Source of the DNA: Thermoanaerobaculia bacterium
GTDB taxonomy: Bacteria; Acidobacteriota; Thermoanaerobaculia; UBA5066
Assembly (NCBI GenBank): GCA_963816185.1
Contig: CAWFJJ010000029.1
Location: 352,001-416,000, forward strand
Direction: 5' to 3'
Length of the DNA stretch: 64,000 nt
Shown: piece by piece, positions 51,698 to 61,017 of the stretch
Numbering within the stretch: the stretch's first letter is position 1
How the letters are laid out: each line of letters begins with the position of its first letter
The notes under the pieces: model-generated
The model's database searches: none
What the model was told of the DNA's origin: nothing
The model's input: only the letters and a program-made list of their open reading frames with translations
Translations under genes and position numbers: made by a program

Positions 51698-53344
51698 ATG
51701 ACCGAGTTCACAAGCGAAGAAATGCGGGTGCTCTCACCCTTCTTCACGAACGTCGACGCGCCCGTCTTCGGCCTGAAGCTCCCGCAGGAGGTCGCGGGGG
51801 CGCTTTTCTCGCGCTACAGCCGGACCGCCAAGAGCCTGAGGCGCGTCTTCCTCGACGAGTTCGTGGGCGAGCAGGGCCTTGCCGTGGGGCTCCTGGGCGG
51901 GGGCGACGCGGACGACGGCGACGCGCTGCGGAAGGCTCGCGCCTTTTACGACCGCGTTCTCGTCGGCTACGGCGACGACTCCGTCGCGCAGCTCGGCGGC
52001 GCGCATCTCGCGGTCGAGCGCGTCTCGAACGTGGCGGCGCAGGTGCTCGAGGACGCGCGCGTCGGAATCGCGTTCCTCGAGAAGTCCACGCGTTACGTCC
52101 GCTTCGACCAGCGCGACGCGGCCGGAGAGTTTCCGTGGTTCCGCGAGCCGTCGCTGATGGCCTCGCGGCACCGCGACGCCTACGCGGCGCTCATGGACCG
52201 CCTCTTTTCCACGTACGCGGCCCAGATCGATCCGATGATCGCCCACATCGAGCGCGTGCTCCCGATCGAGTCCGTGGCCGTGCGCCACCCGAAGACGGGA
52301 GAGCCCCTCGACTTCTCCGACGTGAAGCGCGACGCGGAGCTCCTGAAGGCGGCACGGCGCGCATATGCCGCGACCGTCCGGGCGCACGCATGCGACGTCA
52401 TGCGCAGCTATCTCCCGGCCGCCACGCTCACGAACCTCGGCATTTTCGCGACGGGGCAGGCTTTCGAGCACCTCCTGAACCGCCTCTACTCTCACCCCGC
52501 GGGCGAGTGTCGTCTGCTCGCCTCGGCCATGCGCCACGAGCTGGACCGGCTGATTCCGTCCTTCGTGAAGAGATCGGCCAGGAGCTCGTGGCAGGAGGGT
52601 CTGCGCACGCGCGCCGCCGGGGCCGCGGGGCGCGCGCTTCCTTCCGCCGCGCTTGCCGCGCCGGGAGCGACGCTCGTGGATTTCGACCGCGACGGGGAGG
52701 AGAAAGTCCTCGCGGCGCTTCTCTACCCGCATGCGGATCGGCCTCTGGCCGACGTACGCGCGCGCGTCCGGGCGATGAGCCCGCCCGAACGCACGGCGCT
52801 CCTTTCGTCCCTCGCCGCCGGCCGGCGAAACCGGCGCGACAAACCTCCGCGCGCGCTCGAGGAGGCCGTGTATACGTTCGACCTCCTCGGAAATCTGGGT
52901 ATCTATCGTGATCTCCACCGCCACAGAATCCTCTCGCAGGAGCGTCAGGCGTTCACGACGGCGCACGGGTACGACACGCCGCCCGAGATCCTCGAAGCTG
53001 GGCACGGCGCGGTCTTCGAGGAGTGCATGGCGCGGGCGCACGACCTTCACGAGGCCGTCGTGGCGGACCATCAGGTCGAGGCGCCGTATGTCGTCCCGTT
53101 CGCGTTCCGCGTGCGCTGGTACGTCACGCTGAACCTGCGCGAGGCCGTGCACCTGTGCGAGCTTCGCTCGATGCCGCAGGGACACCCGGATTACCGGCTC
53201 GTCGTGCAGGAAATGTGGCGGCGCATCGAGGAGGTCCATCCGGGCCTCGCCCCGTGGGGCGGCTTCGTGAATCGCGACACGTACCGCCTCGGCCGCCTTC
53301 AGTCCGAGATGCGCACGGAGTGGAAGCGAGCGGGCAGCGCCTGA
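51698..53344 (+). CDS. thyX: FAD-dependent thymidylate synthase, tandem double-domain type
   Basis: GALFSRYSR, GYGDDSVAQLGG and EKSTRY in the N-domain; RDLHRHRILSQ, NLRE..H..ELRS and QGHPDYR in the C-domain. Confidence 0.88.
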   Translation: MTEFTSEEMRVLSPFFTNVDAPVFGLKLPQEVAGALFSRYSRTAKSLRRVFLDEFVGEQGLAVGLLGGGDADDGDALRKARAFYDRVLVGYGDDSVAQLGGAHLAVERVSNVAAQVLEDARVGIAFLEKSTRYVRFDQRDAAGEFPWFREPSLMASRHRDAYAALMDRLFSTYAAQIDPMIAHIERVLPIESVAVRHPKTGEPLDFSDVKRDAELLKAARRAYAATVRAHACDVMRSYLPAATLTNLGIFATGQAFEHLLNRLYSHPAGECRLLASAMRHELDRLIPSFVKRSARSSWQEGLRTRAAGAAGRALPSAALAAPGATLVDFDRDGEEKVLAALLYPHADRPLADVRARVRAMSPPERTALLSSLAAGRRNRRDKPPRALEEAVYTFDLLGNLGIYRDLHRHRILSQERQAFTTAHGYDTPPEILEAGHGAVFEECMARAHDLHEAVVADHQVEAPYVVPFAFRVRWYVTLNLREAVHLCELRSMPQGHPDYRLVVQEMWRRIEEVHPGLAPWGGFVNRDTYRLGRLQSEMRTEWKRAGSA

Positions 53345-53348
53345 GGGG

Positions 53349-53633
53349 TCATTCCTCCGCGGTCAGCGCGTCGAGGCCCGCGAGAATCGCGGCGGCATTC
53401 TCGTCGGGCCGCGCGAGGTAGACGGGAATCGCGCCCGGGATCTCGTGGTAGATCTCCATGAGGACCTCCGGGGCGTCCGTGACGACGGCGTCCATCCGCG
53501 CCGACCGGGCGAGGCGCTCGAGAATCGTTTCCAGCCCCCGCTCACCGAGGAACGTCGTCGTGGCCGGCGCGATCGCCCGCAGGCCTTCGAGCAGGTCGTG
53601 CCGCTCGAGCGTCGCGACGAGGACGTGGCGCAT
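53349..53633 (-). CDS. Small hypothetical protein, possibly a degenerate receiver-like fold
   Basis: GGAGGAG RBS. Sequence MRHVLVAT...MDAVVTD...IPVYL fills the gap between thyX and iscS. Confidence 0.65.
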   Translation of the reverse strand: MRHVLVATLERHDLLEGLRAIAPATTTFLGERGLETILERLARSARMDAVVTDAPEVLMEIYHEIPGAIPVYLARPDENAAAILAGLDALTAEE

Positions 53634-53681
53634 CGATGGGTCTCCTCCTTCATCTTGCAAACGGAAAGCCGCGAGCCGAGG

Positions 53682-54866
53682 ATGACGGCAGGCGGAGCCC
53701 GTTCGTTGAAGCTTCCCGTCTACCTCGATTATCACGCGACGACGCCGGTCGACCCGCGCGTCTTCGAGGCGATGCGCCCGTACTTTTCGGAGTATTTCGG
53801 AAACGCCGCGTCGGCGAGCCACGCCTTCGGGTGGCGCGCCGAGGCGGCCGTGACGAGAGGTCGCGAGGCCCTGGCCGCGCTCGTCGGCGCCAACCCGCGC
53901 GAGATCGTGTTCACGTCCGGCGCCACCGAGTCGGACAATCTCGCGATCCTCGGCGCTGCGCGGGCGCGCCGTACGCCGGGCGCCCACGTCGTCACGTCCG
54001 CGATCGAGCACCGCGCCGTCCTCGACCCGTGCCGCCGCCTCGAGTCGGAGGGCTTCGCCGTGACGGTGCTGAAGCCGGACGCTCACGGCGTCACGAGCGC
54101 GACCGCCGTGGCCGAGGCTCTCACGGAGCGCACGGTTCTCGTGTCCGTCATGGCGGCGAACAACGAGATCGGCACGCTCAATCCCGTCGGGGAGATCGCG
54201 CGAGTCTGCAAGGAGCGGGGAATCCTCTTCCACACGGACGCTGCCCAGGCGCTCGGCAAGATCCCGCTCGACGTGCACGCGCTCGGCCTCGATCTCGTCT
54301 CGTTCTCGGCTCACAAGCTGTGCGGGCCGAAAGGCGTCGGCGCTCTCTTCGTGCGCGCGATGAACCCGCGCGTGAGGCTCGATCCGATCGTGTTCGGCGG
54401 AGGCCACGAGCGCGGCCTCAGGTCCGGGACGCTCGACGTGCCGGGCATCGTGGGCTTCGGCGCGGCGGCCGAGATCGCGCGGGCGGAGGGAGAGGCCGAA
54501 ACGCGACGCGTTTCGGGCCTCCGAGATCGGCTGTGGGAGAGGCTTTGCGCGCGCGTCGACGGCATCTCGCGAAACGGTCCCGTCTCCGCCTGCCACCCCG
54601 GGAACCTGAACGTGACGATTCCGGGTGCGCCCGCAGACGCTGTCATGGCCGAGGCCCGCGACCTCGCGGTCTCGTCGGGATCGGCCTGCACGTCTGCGGA
54701 GGCGGCGCCGAGCCACGTCCTTCTCGCGCTCGGGCGGACGCGCGCGGAAGCCGAAGCCTCGATCCGCTTCGGCCTCGGCCGCTTCACGACGGAGGAGGAG
54801 ATCGACTGGGCGGCGGACGAAGTCGCCCGCGCGGTCGCGAGCGTGCGGGCGAGGAAGGCCCGTTGA
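53682..54866 (+). CDS. iscS: Cysteine desulfurase (IscS/NifS group I)
   Basis: YLDYHATTP, FTSGATES, NNEIG, SAHK (PLP lysine) and SSGSACTS motifs. Alternative TTG start at 53706. Confidence 0.93.
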   Translation: MTAGGARSLKLPVYLDYHATTPVDPRVFEAMRPYFSEYFGNAASASHAFGWRAEAAVTRGREALAALVGANPREIVFTSGATESDNLAILGAARARRTPGAHVVTSAIEHRAVLDPCRRLESEGFAVTVLKPDAHGVTSATAVAEALTERTVLVSVMAANNEIGTLNPVGEIARVCKERGILFHTDAAQALGKIPLDVHALGLDLVSFSAHKLCGPKGVGALFVRAMNPRVRLDPIVFGGGHERGLRSGTLDVPGIVGFGAAAEIARAEGEAETRRVSGLRDRLWERLCARVDGISRNGPVSACHPGNLNVTIPGAPADAVMAEARDLAVSSGSACTSAEAAPSHVLLALGRTRAEAEASIRFGLGRFTTEEEIDWAADEVARAVASVRARKAR

Positions 54867-54898
54867 AGCGCGCGTGGCTGTTTAGAATCGCAGGGTCC

Positions 54899-55615
54899 GT
54901 GTCGACACGCACCGTCACATTCCTGGCACCAGTCGCGGTTCTCCTTGCTCTCCTGGCCGCGACCGCCGGGAGCAGGGCACAGGCGCCTTCCGGTGTCGGC
55001 GACGTGCGCGTGAGGGTGACGGTTCTGGGGCCCGATCACCGGCCGTCGCCGGCGCCGCAGGCGATCGTCTGGATCTCCGAAGGCAAGAAACCGGGATCTC
55101 TCGCGCCGTCGCCTGTCCATCCGCACATCGCGTCCAAGAGCAAACGTTTCGAGCCGCGGATCACGGCGGTGCCCGCCGGTACGACGGTCGACTTCCCGAA
55201 CCTCGACGGCATCTTCCACAACGTGTTCAGCCTGTCGCCGGGCGCGAGGTTCGATCTCGGCCTATACCGCAACGGCGCCTCGCGTGCGATGACGTTCGAC
55301 AACCCCGGGCTCGTCCGCGTCTACTGCAACATCCACCCGCAGATGGCCGCGTATCTCATGGTGATCGACGGAACGATCTGGGCGCAGACCGGTTCGGACG
55401 GAAGCGCTGTGCTCGCGAGCGTCCCTCAGGGACGCGCCGTCGTGCGCGCGTGGGACGAGAAGGGCGGCGACTATCAGGGCGCGGTCGAGGTGACCGCGGG
55501 AAAGACGGTCTCCCTCGCGATCGTGCTCGACGGCTCGAGCTGGCGCGAGACGCCCCACACGAACAAGTACGGAAAGAAATATCCTCCACCGGACGACGAT
55601 GCGAACCGGTACTGA
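54899..55615 (+). CDS. Secreted cupredoxin-like protein with a C-terminal beta-sandwich
   Basis: Signal peptide; FEPRI, VDFPNLD.IFHNVFS and VYCNIHPQM motifs. Start uncertain (54863 or 54899). Confidence 0.8.
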   Translation: MSTRTVTFLAPVAVLLALLAATAGSRAQAPSGVGDVRVRVTVLGPDHRPSPAPQAIVWISEGKKPGSLAPSPVHPHIASKSKRFEPRITAVPAGTTVDFPNLDGIFHNVFSLSPGARFDLGLYRNGASRAMTFDNPGLVRVYCNIHPQMAAYLMVIDGTIWAQTGSDGSAVLASVPQGRAVVRAWDEKGGDYQGAVEVTAGKTVSLAIVLDGSSWRETPHTNKYGKKYPPPDDDANRY

Positions 55616-57758
55616 CAGCTCGATCTCGGGCGCGGCGACGCGCGTCACGCGATCCGAGAGGCCGCCGGCATCGTCTCCGCCTCCTTCGGTCGTGCGGCAC
55701 GCTCCCGCGCGCACCGGGCCGGGGCTCGCGACGAAGTTCTCCGTCGCCGCCGCGTTCCTCGTCCTCCTGACGCTCGGCGGAGCCGTCGCGGTCGCGACGT
55801 GGCGCGCGAACGAGGTCGCCGAGAGGAGCATCCGCGAGAGCCTGAACGCGCTCCCGGGAGTCTTTCGGGCCTACGAGGGGAGCAACGAAGACGCGCTTCG
55901 CCGGCAAGTCACGAGCGTCGCGGACGAGCCCGGTACGAAGGGGCTCTTCGACGCGAAGGACTCGAAGACTCTCCACGACTGGACGACGGACAAGGCCGAG
56001 AAGCTCAACGCACGGACGGTCTTCCTGTTCGACGCGAGCGGCGTCCTCCTCGACCGCAACGACCAGGAGATCGTCGACGAGAACCGGCCGTCCTTCGCGA
56101 AGGTGAAATGGGTGGCGGACGCTCTCCTCGGCATCCCCGCGACGGCCGTCATCCGCGAAGGAAAAGTCCTGGCCGCCGTGGCTGCCGTGCCCGTTCTCGC
56201 GGGCGACATGTCGCTCGGGGAAGGGCGCCTGCGCGGCGTCCTCGCGGTCGCCGTGCCTCTCGACGAGAGACGTGCGAAGACTCTGCGCGGCATCACGAAC
56301 GGTCAGACCGGGTTCCTCGCGAACACGGCCAGGCGCGGCGAGCCGCCGCGCGTCGAGCTCTCGGCCGCGACGGAAGGGTTCCGGGGCGATCTCCTCGTCC
56401 CGGCGCTCGCCGCCGACCGCTCCGCGATGGATTCGCTCTTTCGACAAGGACAGGCGGTGGGGCCCCTCGAGGTCCAGGTGGCGGGCGACCGCCGCGTTCT
56501 CGCGGCCGTGCCCCTCAAGAGCGCGACGGACGAGACGCTTGGAGCCTTCGTCGTCTCGCGCTCGCGGGACGAGGAGACGGCCGCATTCCGGAGGATCCGC
56601 GACACGCTCCTTCTCGTGGGCGGCCTCGCCCTCCTCCTCGCGCTCCCGATCTCTTTCGCCATGGGCCGGCGCATCGCGCGCCCCCTCGCGCAGCTCGCAA
56701 AAGGCGCGGCCGAGATCCGCGAAGGGAATCTCGACGTCAAGCTGCCGGAGGCGGGAGGCGACGAGGTCGGCGCGCTTGCCCGGGCTTTTCGCGCCCTGGT
56801 CCGCGAGCTGAAAGAGAAGGCCGCGCTCGAGCAGATGCTGGCGGAGATGCGGCGGCCCGACACGAACGTGACGCGGGTGGCGATGCTCACGACGCCCGCC
56901 GCGCCCGACGCGGCCGCGCGCGCGTTCGCGGGTCCGCGCACGGGGACGGTCTTCGCGGGGCGCTATCAGATCCTCGGGACGCTCGGCAAGGGCGGCATGG
57001 GAACGGTCTACCGCGCCCTCGACCGCGAGCTCGACGACGAGGTCGCCGTCAAAGTCCTGCTGCCCGAAGCCTTCGACGAAGGCAATACGATCGGCGTGAC
57101 ACTCAAGCAGGAGATCCGGCTCGCGCGGAAGATCACGCACCGCAACGTCGTGCGCACGCACGATCTCGGCGAGGCCGACGGCCTGAGGTTTCTCACGATG
57201 GAGTACGTGCCCGGCACGACTCTGCGCGACATCCTCGACCGGAAGGGCGCCCTCGCTGTCTCGCCCGGCCTGCAGATCGCGAAGCAGCTCTGCCGCGGAC
57301 TCGCGGCAGTTCACGAGGCCGGCATCATTCACCGCGACGTCAAGCCGCCGAACATCATGGTCCTCCCGAACGGCCTCGTGAAGCTGATGGACTTCGGCAT
57401 CGCGCGCGCGGCGGAAGGCGCGGATTCCGTCGCACAGGGCGACCAGACGGTCGGGACGCCGTTCTACATGAGCCCCGAACAGGCGGTCGGCCGCGAGCTC
57501 GATGCGCGAAGCGACATCTACTCGGTCGGCGTCGTTCTCTACGAGCTGTTCTCGGGGAAGCGGCCCATCGAAGGGCGCGATCCGGGCGAAGTCCTGCGCC
57601 GGCACGTGTCCTTCGAGCCGAAGCCTCTCACGATGCTCCGGCCGGACCTGCCCGATCTCCTGGCGCGCGTCGTCATGGCGTGTCTCGCGAAGAGCCCGGA
57701 GCAGCGCCCACCCACGGCAAACGACCTCTACGGCGCGCTCCAGCGCGTCGCGGTCTGA
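55599..57758 (+). CDS. Membrane Ser/Thr kinase: TM, periplasmic Cache-like domain, TM, HAMP, kinase
   Basis: Two TM helices; HAMP motif IARPL..L...A..I.EGNL...LP....DEVG.LARAF; GKGGMG, HRDVKPPN, DFG and GTPFYMSPE. Confidence 0.9.
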   Translation: MRTGTDSSISGAATRVTRSERPPASSPPPSVVRHAPARTGPGLATKFSVAAAFLVLLTLGGAVAVATWRANEVAERSIRESLNALPGVFRAYEGSNEDALRRQVTSVADEPGTKGLFDAKDSKTLHDWTTDKAEKLNARTVFLFDASGVLLDRNDQEIVDENRPSFAKVKWVADALLGIPATAVIREGKVLAAVAAVPVLAGDMSLGEGRLRGVLAVAVPLDERRAKTLRGITNGQTGFLANTARRGEPPRVELSAATEGFRGDLLVPALAADRSAMDSLFRQGQAVGPLEVQVAGDRRVLAAVPLKSATDETLGAFVVSRSRDEETAAFRRIRDTLLLVGGLALLLALPISFAMGRRIARPLAQLAKGAAEIREGNLDVKLPEAGGDEVGALARAFRALVRELKEKAALEQMLAEMRRPDTNVTRVAMLTTPAAPDAAARAFAGPRTGTVFAGRYQILGTLGKGGMGTVYRALDRELDDEVAVKVLLPEAFDEGNTIGVTLKQEIRLARKITHRNVVRTHDLGEADGLRFLTMEYVPGTTLRDILDRKGALAVSPGLQIAKQLCRGLAAVHEAGIIHRDVKPPNIMVLPNGLVKLMDFGIARAAEGADSVAQGDQTVGTPFYMSPEQAVGRELDARSDIYSVGVVLYELFSGKRPIEGRDPGEVLRRHVSFEPKPLTMLRPDLPDLLARVVMACLAKSPEQRPPTANDLYGALQRVAV

Positions 57759-57768
57759 GGACGGAACG

Positions 57769-58533
57769 ATGGCAAAGGGAATTCTGAAGGACAGGCTCCG
57801 GTCGGGCGAGGTCGTGCACGGCCTCCTGTCGCCGAACATCGAGCCGGATCTCGTCCAGACGCTCGGCCTCCTCGGTTTCGATCTCTATATCCTCGACACG
57901 GAGCACGGCACGGGCAGCCCGGTCGAGGCCGCGGCCGTCGTGCGGGCGTGCGAGGGAGCTGGCCTCGTCCCTCTCGTGCGGCCTCGCGGCCTCGACGCCA
58001 AGCTGATCCTGCAGTTCCTCGACGCCGGAATGACGGGAATCATGCTGCCCGGCGTGCGGAGTGCCGAGGACGTGAGGCGGCTCGTGGAAGCGGCCAAGTA
58101 CGCGCCGGAAGGCCTGCGCGGACTCGCGGCCATGCGCGCGAACAGCTTTCTCCTCGGTGCCGAGAAGCAGGAAGCCTGGGTCGCGCGCGCGAACCGCGAG
58201 ACGCTCGTCCTGCCGCAGATCGAGACGCGCGAGGCGCTGGAAAGTGTCGAGGACCTCGCGGCTGTGCCGGGCCTCGACGGCTTCATCGTGGGTCCGCGCG
58301 ATCTCGCGCTCGCGCTCGGCTTTCCGGACGGTCCCGCTCACCCCGAGATCGAGTCCGCGATCGACCGCGTCGTCCGCGTCGCGAAGAAGCGCGGCCTCGT
58401 CGTCGGCACCGTCGCGCCGACGGGTGTGCGCGCGAAAGACCTCGCCGCGCGCGGCCTCTCGATCCTCCTCCACTCCGTGACCGCGCTCCTGAAGACCGGA
58501 GCCGAGGCCTACTTCCGCGCGGCGCGCGGGTGA
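57769..58533 (+). CDS. HpcH/HpaI aldolase family protein
   Basis: LDTEHG, LDAG, KYAPEG.RG, QIET and GPRDL motifs. Confidence 0.9.
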   Translation: MAKGILKDRLRSGEVVHGLLSPNIEPDLVQTLGLLGFDLYILDTEHGTGSPVEAAAVVRACEGAGLVPLVRPRGLDAKLILQFLDAGMTGIMLPGVRSAEDVRRLVEAAKYAPEGLRGLAAMRANSFLLGAEKQEAWVARANRETLVLPQIETREALESVEDLAAVPGLDGFIVGPRDLALALGFPDGPAHPEIESAIDRVVRVAKKRGLVVGTVAPTGVRAKDLAARGLSILLHSVTALLKTGAEAYFRAARG

Positions 58534-58597
58534 GAGGGAGGAGGCCGAAAATCTTCGGAAGGCCGGGCGGCGGGAGCTCGTGGACTGATTCGAAACT

Positions 58598-59275
58598 CTA
58601 TTTCAGCGTCAGCACGATATCCGGGAAAAAGCCCCCGTCCGGCGAGGCCGACGACGCATGCGACCTCTTCGCGACGATCCGGATCGTCTGACCGGGCTTG
58701 ACCTGAAGATCCCCGTAATCGATCGTTGATTCGACGAGCGTTCCCTTGATCGGCGTTCGCGGCGAGGCCTTCTTTCCGGAAAACCCCATGGAATCGACGA
58801 CCGTTTCCGTGTCGAACTGTCCCTTGCCTTTATAGCGCTCGACACTCGCCGCCGCCCAATGATCGACCGCCTTCGATTTCGTGCCGCCGGCGCAGGCAGC
58901 GCTCCGGTCCGCGTAACTCACGCACGCGTCGAGCTCGCCGCCATACTCGAACCCGCCGATTTTGGGAAACGTGAACTGCGCCCCGGTGGACGCGTTGTTG
59001 TCCGTGTCGAAATAGACGCGCACGACCTCGCTCGCGAACTCCCCGGGAGGATCTTTGAGCGTTGCCGCGACCGTGATCCGCCTTTCGTCGCTCCGGATCG
59101 CGAGCTTCACGACGTCGAAGCCGGGGTAATCGCCGCCTGTGGAATGGATCGGCGAGACGTCGCCGGCCGGGCTCGAGAGCTCGATCGCATGCATGGCCTT
59201 GACCGGCGGACGGGCGTTTTCTCCGAACGCCAGTGCGGCGGGCAGGCCGACCAGGAGACAGATGAGTCGCTTCAT
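58598..59275 (-). CDS. Secreted hypothetical protein (beta-sandwich/DOMON-like)
   Basis: AAGGAGG RBS, signal peptide, YFDTDNN.STG motif and one Cys pair. Confidence 0.7.
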   Translation of the reverse strand: MKRLICLLVGLPAALAFGENARPPVKAMHAIELSSPAGDVSPIHSTGGDYPGFDVVKLAIRSDERRITVAATLKDPPGEFASEVVRVYFDTDNNASTGAQFTFPKIGGFEYGGELDACVSYADRSAACAGGTKSKAVDHWAAASVERYKGKGQFDTETVVDSMGFSGKKASPRTPIKGTLVESTIDYGDLQVKPGQTIRIVAKRSHASSASPDGGFFPDIVLTLK

Positions 59276-59311
59276 GGCTTCCTCCTTGAAAGCGATCGTT
59301 GATCCACGGCC

Positions 59312-60946
59312 TCAGCTCTTGCTGATGAAGCCCCACGGCGCGGCCTGCCGCGCGTGGGGATCGAAGACGCCGCGCGGGACGGCGTGCCGGGGAAGCGCGA
59401 GCGCGCTGCCGGGCCGGACGACGGCCATCAGGGTGTCGCGGTGGGTCTTCACGAGGCGGCGCACGCTCTCGCCGGCGGCGGCCTCGAGGAGGATCGGCGC
59501 CGACTCGTGCCCCATCTTCGCGAGGTACGCCTCCCAGATCGCCTCGACGACGGGCATCCCCCGGAACGTCACGTTCGGCATCTTCCAGAACGCCGCGCTC
59601 AGGCGCTTCATCTTCTCCTCGAGCGCGGCCGGATCGTCGAGCGGCTCGTTCTCGAAGGGCGTGTGGGGCTTCGGGATGAACGCGTTCACCGTCGGAACGA
59701 GCGTACCCACGCGCCCGCGCTTGCGACCTTCCTCGAGAAACACGAGACGCAGCGCGTCCACGAGTCCGACGACGTCGTCGACGTCGGCGTCGGTCTCGCC
59801 CGGGAGGCCGACCTGCAAGTAGAGCTTGAGCTGGGTGATTCCCGAGCGCGCGATCAGGCGCACCTTGTCGAAGAGCATCTCGTCGGACACCTTCTTGTTG
59901 ATCGCGCGGCGGAGGCGCTCGTTGCCGGCCTCGGGCGCGATCGCGAGCGCGCGCTCGCCCTGCGCCGTCAGGATCGAGAGGATCTCTTCCGAGATCGCGT
60001 CGATCTTCACCGACGAAAGGGCGATGTGGTAGCCGAGGCCCGCAAGCCCTCTCAGAATCGGAAGGATCTCCGGATGGTCGGCGACGGCCGTCGCGATGAG
60101 GCCCGCACGCGACGTGAGAGAGCGGTTCCTGCTTGCGATCTCGAGGACCGCCTCGGCCGTGACCCGTACCTGCGGCGCCATCGCGTAGGCGGCCCAGCAG
60201 AAGCGGCACATTTCCGAGCAGCCCCGCGCGATCTCAATGAGGAGCTTGTCCGAGAGCTCGGTGTGCGGCGTCAGGAACGTCGTGTGCGGCGGCTCGCGGC
60301 GCGCGCCCTCGGCGGCCTTGAACTGCTGGACGACGATCTTTCCGTCCTCGGCGCCTTCGGCGCGCGCGCCGTGGACCGCCGGGACGTAGAGGCCCTTGAG
60401 CTCGCCGAGCGCGGCGAGGGTGGCTTCGCGCGAGAGATCGCGCCTGAGGACGTCCGCGAGGGAGGGGACGACCTTCTCCGCGTCGCCCAGCGCGAAGACG
60501 TCGACCCACGCCGCGAGCGGGGCGGGGTTGATGCGCGCGCAATCGCCGCCCACGAGGATGATCGGATCGCCCTCGCGGCGTTCCGAGCGCTCGAGCGGGA
60601 TACGCGCGGCGGGAAGAAGGCGGAGGAAGTTGACGTAGTCCATCTCCCACGAGATCGAGAACGCGACGAGCGGAAAATCGCCGAGGGGGGTGTCGGTCTC
60701 CAGCGTGCGCGGCCCGCGCCGGTCGGCGTTCTCGTCTGCGAAGAAACGGTCGCAGGCGACGTCCTCCTCGCGGTTCAGGAGGCGGTACACCCACTGAAAG
60801 CCGAGGTTCGACATTCCGATCTCGTAGGAGCTCGGAAACCCGAGGGCGACGCGCGTGCGGCCGTGCCGCGAGAGATGCTCCGTCGGCCGCTCTGCCGACA
60901 GCAGCATCCGGCGGCGCGAGACGGTTGGAGAGGTGGAGGCGGGCAT
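59312..60946 (-). CDS. Radical SAM protein with an N-terminal B12-binding-like region; start uncertain (60946 or 60907)
   Basis: YEIGMSNLGFQ, RGCSEMCRFC (CxxxCxxC), APEAG.ERLR..INK, GLPGET and FIPKPHTPF motifs. Confidence 0.9.
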   Translation of the reverse strand: MPASTSPTVSRRRMLLSAERPTEHLSRHGRTRVALGFPSSYEIGMSNLGFQWVYRLLNREEDVACDRFFADENADRRGPRTLETDTPLGDFPLVAFSISWEMDYVNFLRLLPAARIPLERSERREGDPIILVGGDCARINPAPLAAWVDVFALGDAEKVVPSLADVLRRDLSREATLAALGELKGLYVPAVHGARAEGAEDGKIVVQQFKAAEGARREPPHTTFLTPHTELSDKLLIEIARGCSEMCRFCWAAYAMAPQVRVTAEAVLEIASRNRSLTSRAGLIATAVADHPEILPILRGLAGLGYHIALSSVKIDAISEEILSILTAQGERALAIAPEAGNERLRRAINKKVSDEMLFDKVRLIARSGITQLKLYLQVGLPGETDADVDDVVGLVDALRLVFLEEGRKRGRVGTLVPTVNAFIPKPHTPFENEPLDDPAALEEKMKRLSAAFWKMPNVTFRGMPVVEAIWEAYLAKMGHESAPILLEAAAGESVRRLVKTHRDTLMAVVRPGSALALPRHAVPRGVFDPHARQAAPWGFISKS

Positions 60947-60956
60947 GGGACTTGCG
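60941..60956 (+). promoter_or_regulatory. Candidate sigma54 promoter for the 61018 gene
   Basis: GGGCATGGGACTTGCG, GG-N10-GC with TTGC. Confidence 0.45.
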
Positions 60957-61017
60957 GTTCCGAAGACCGCGAGGTCCGGTATTGTATCGGGACGAGAATG
61001 CCTGAAGGAGAACATCC

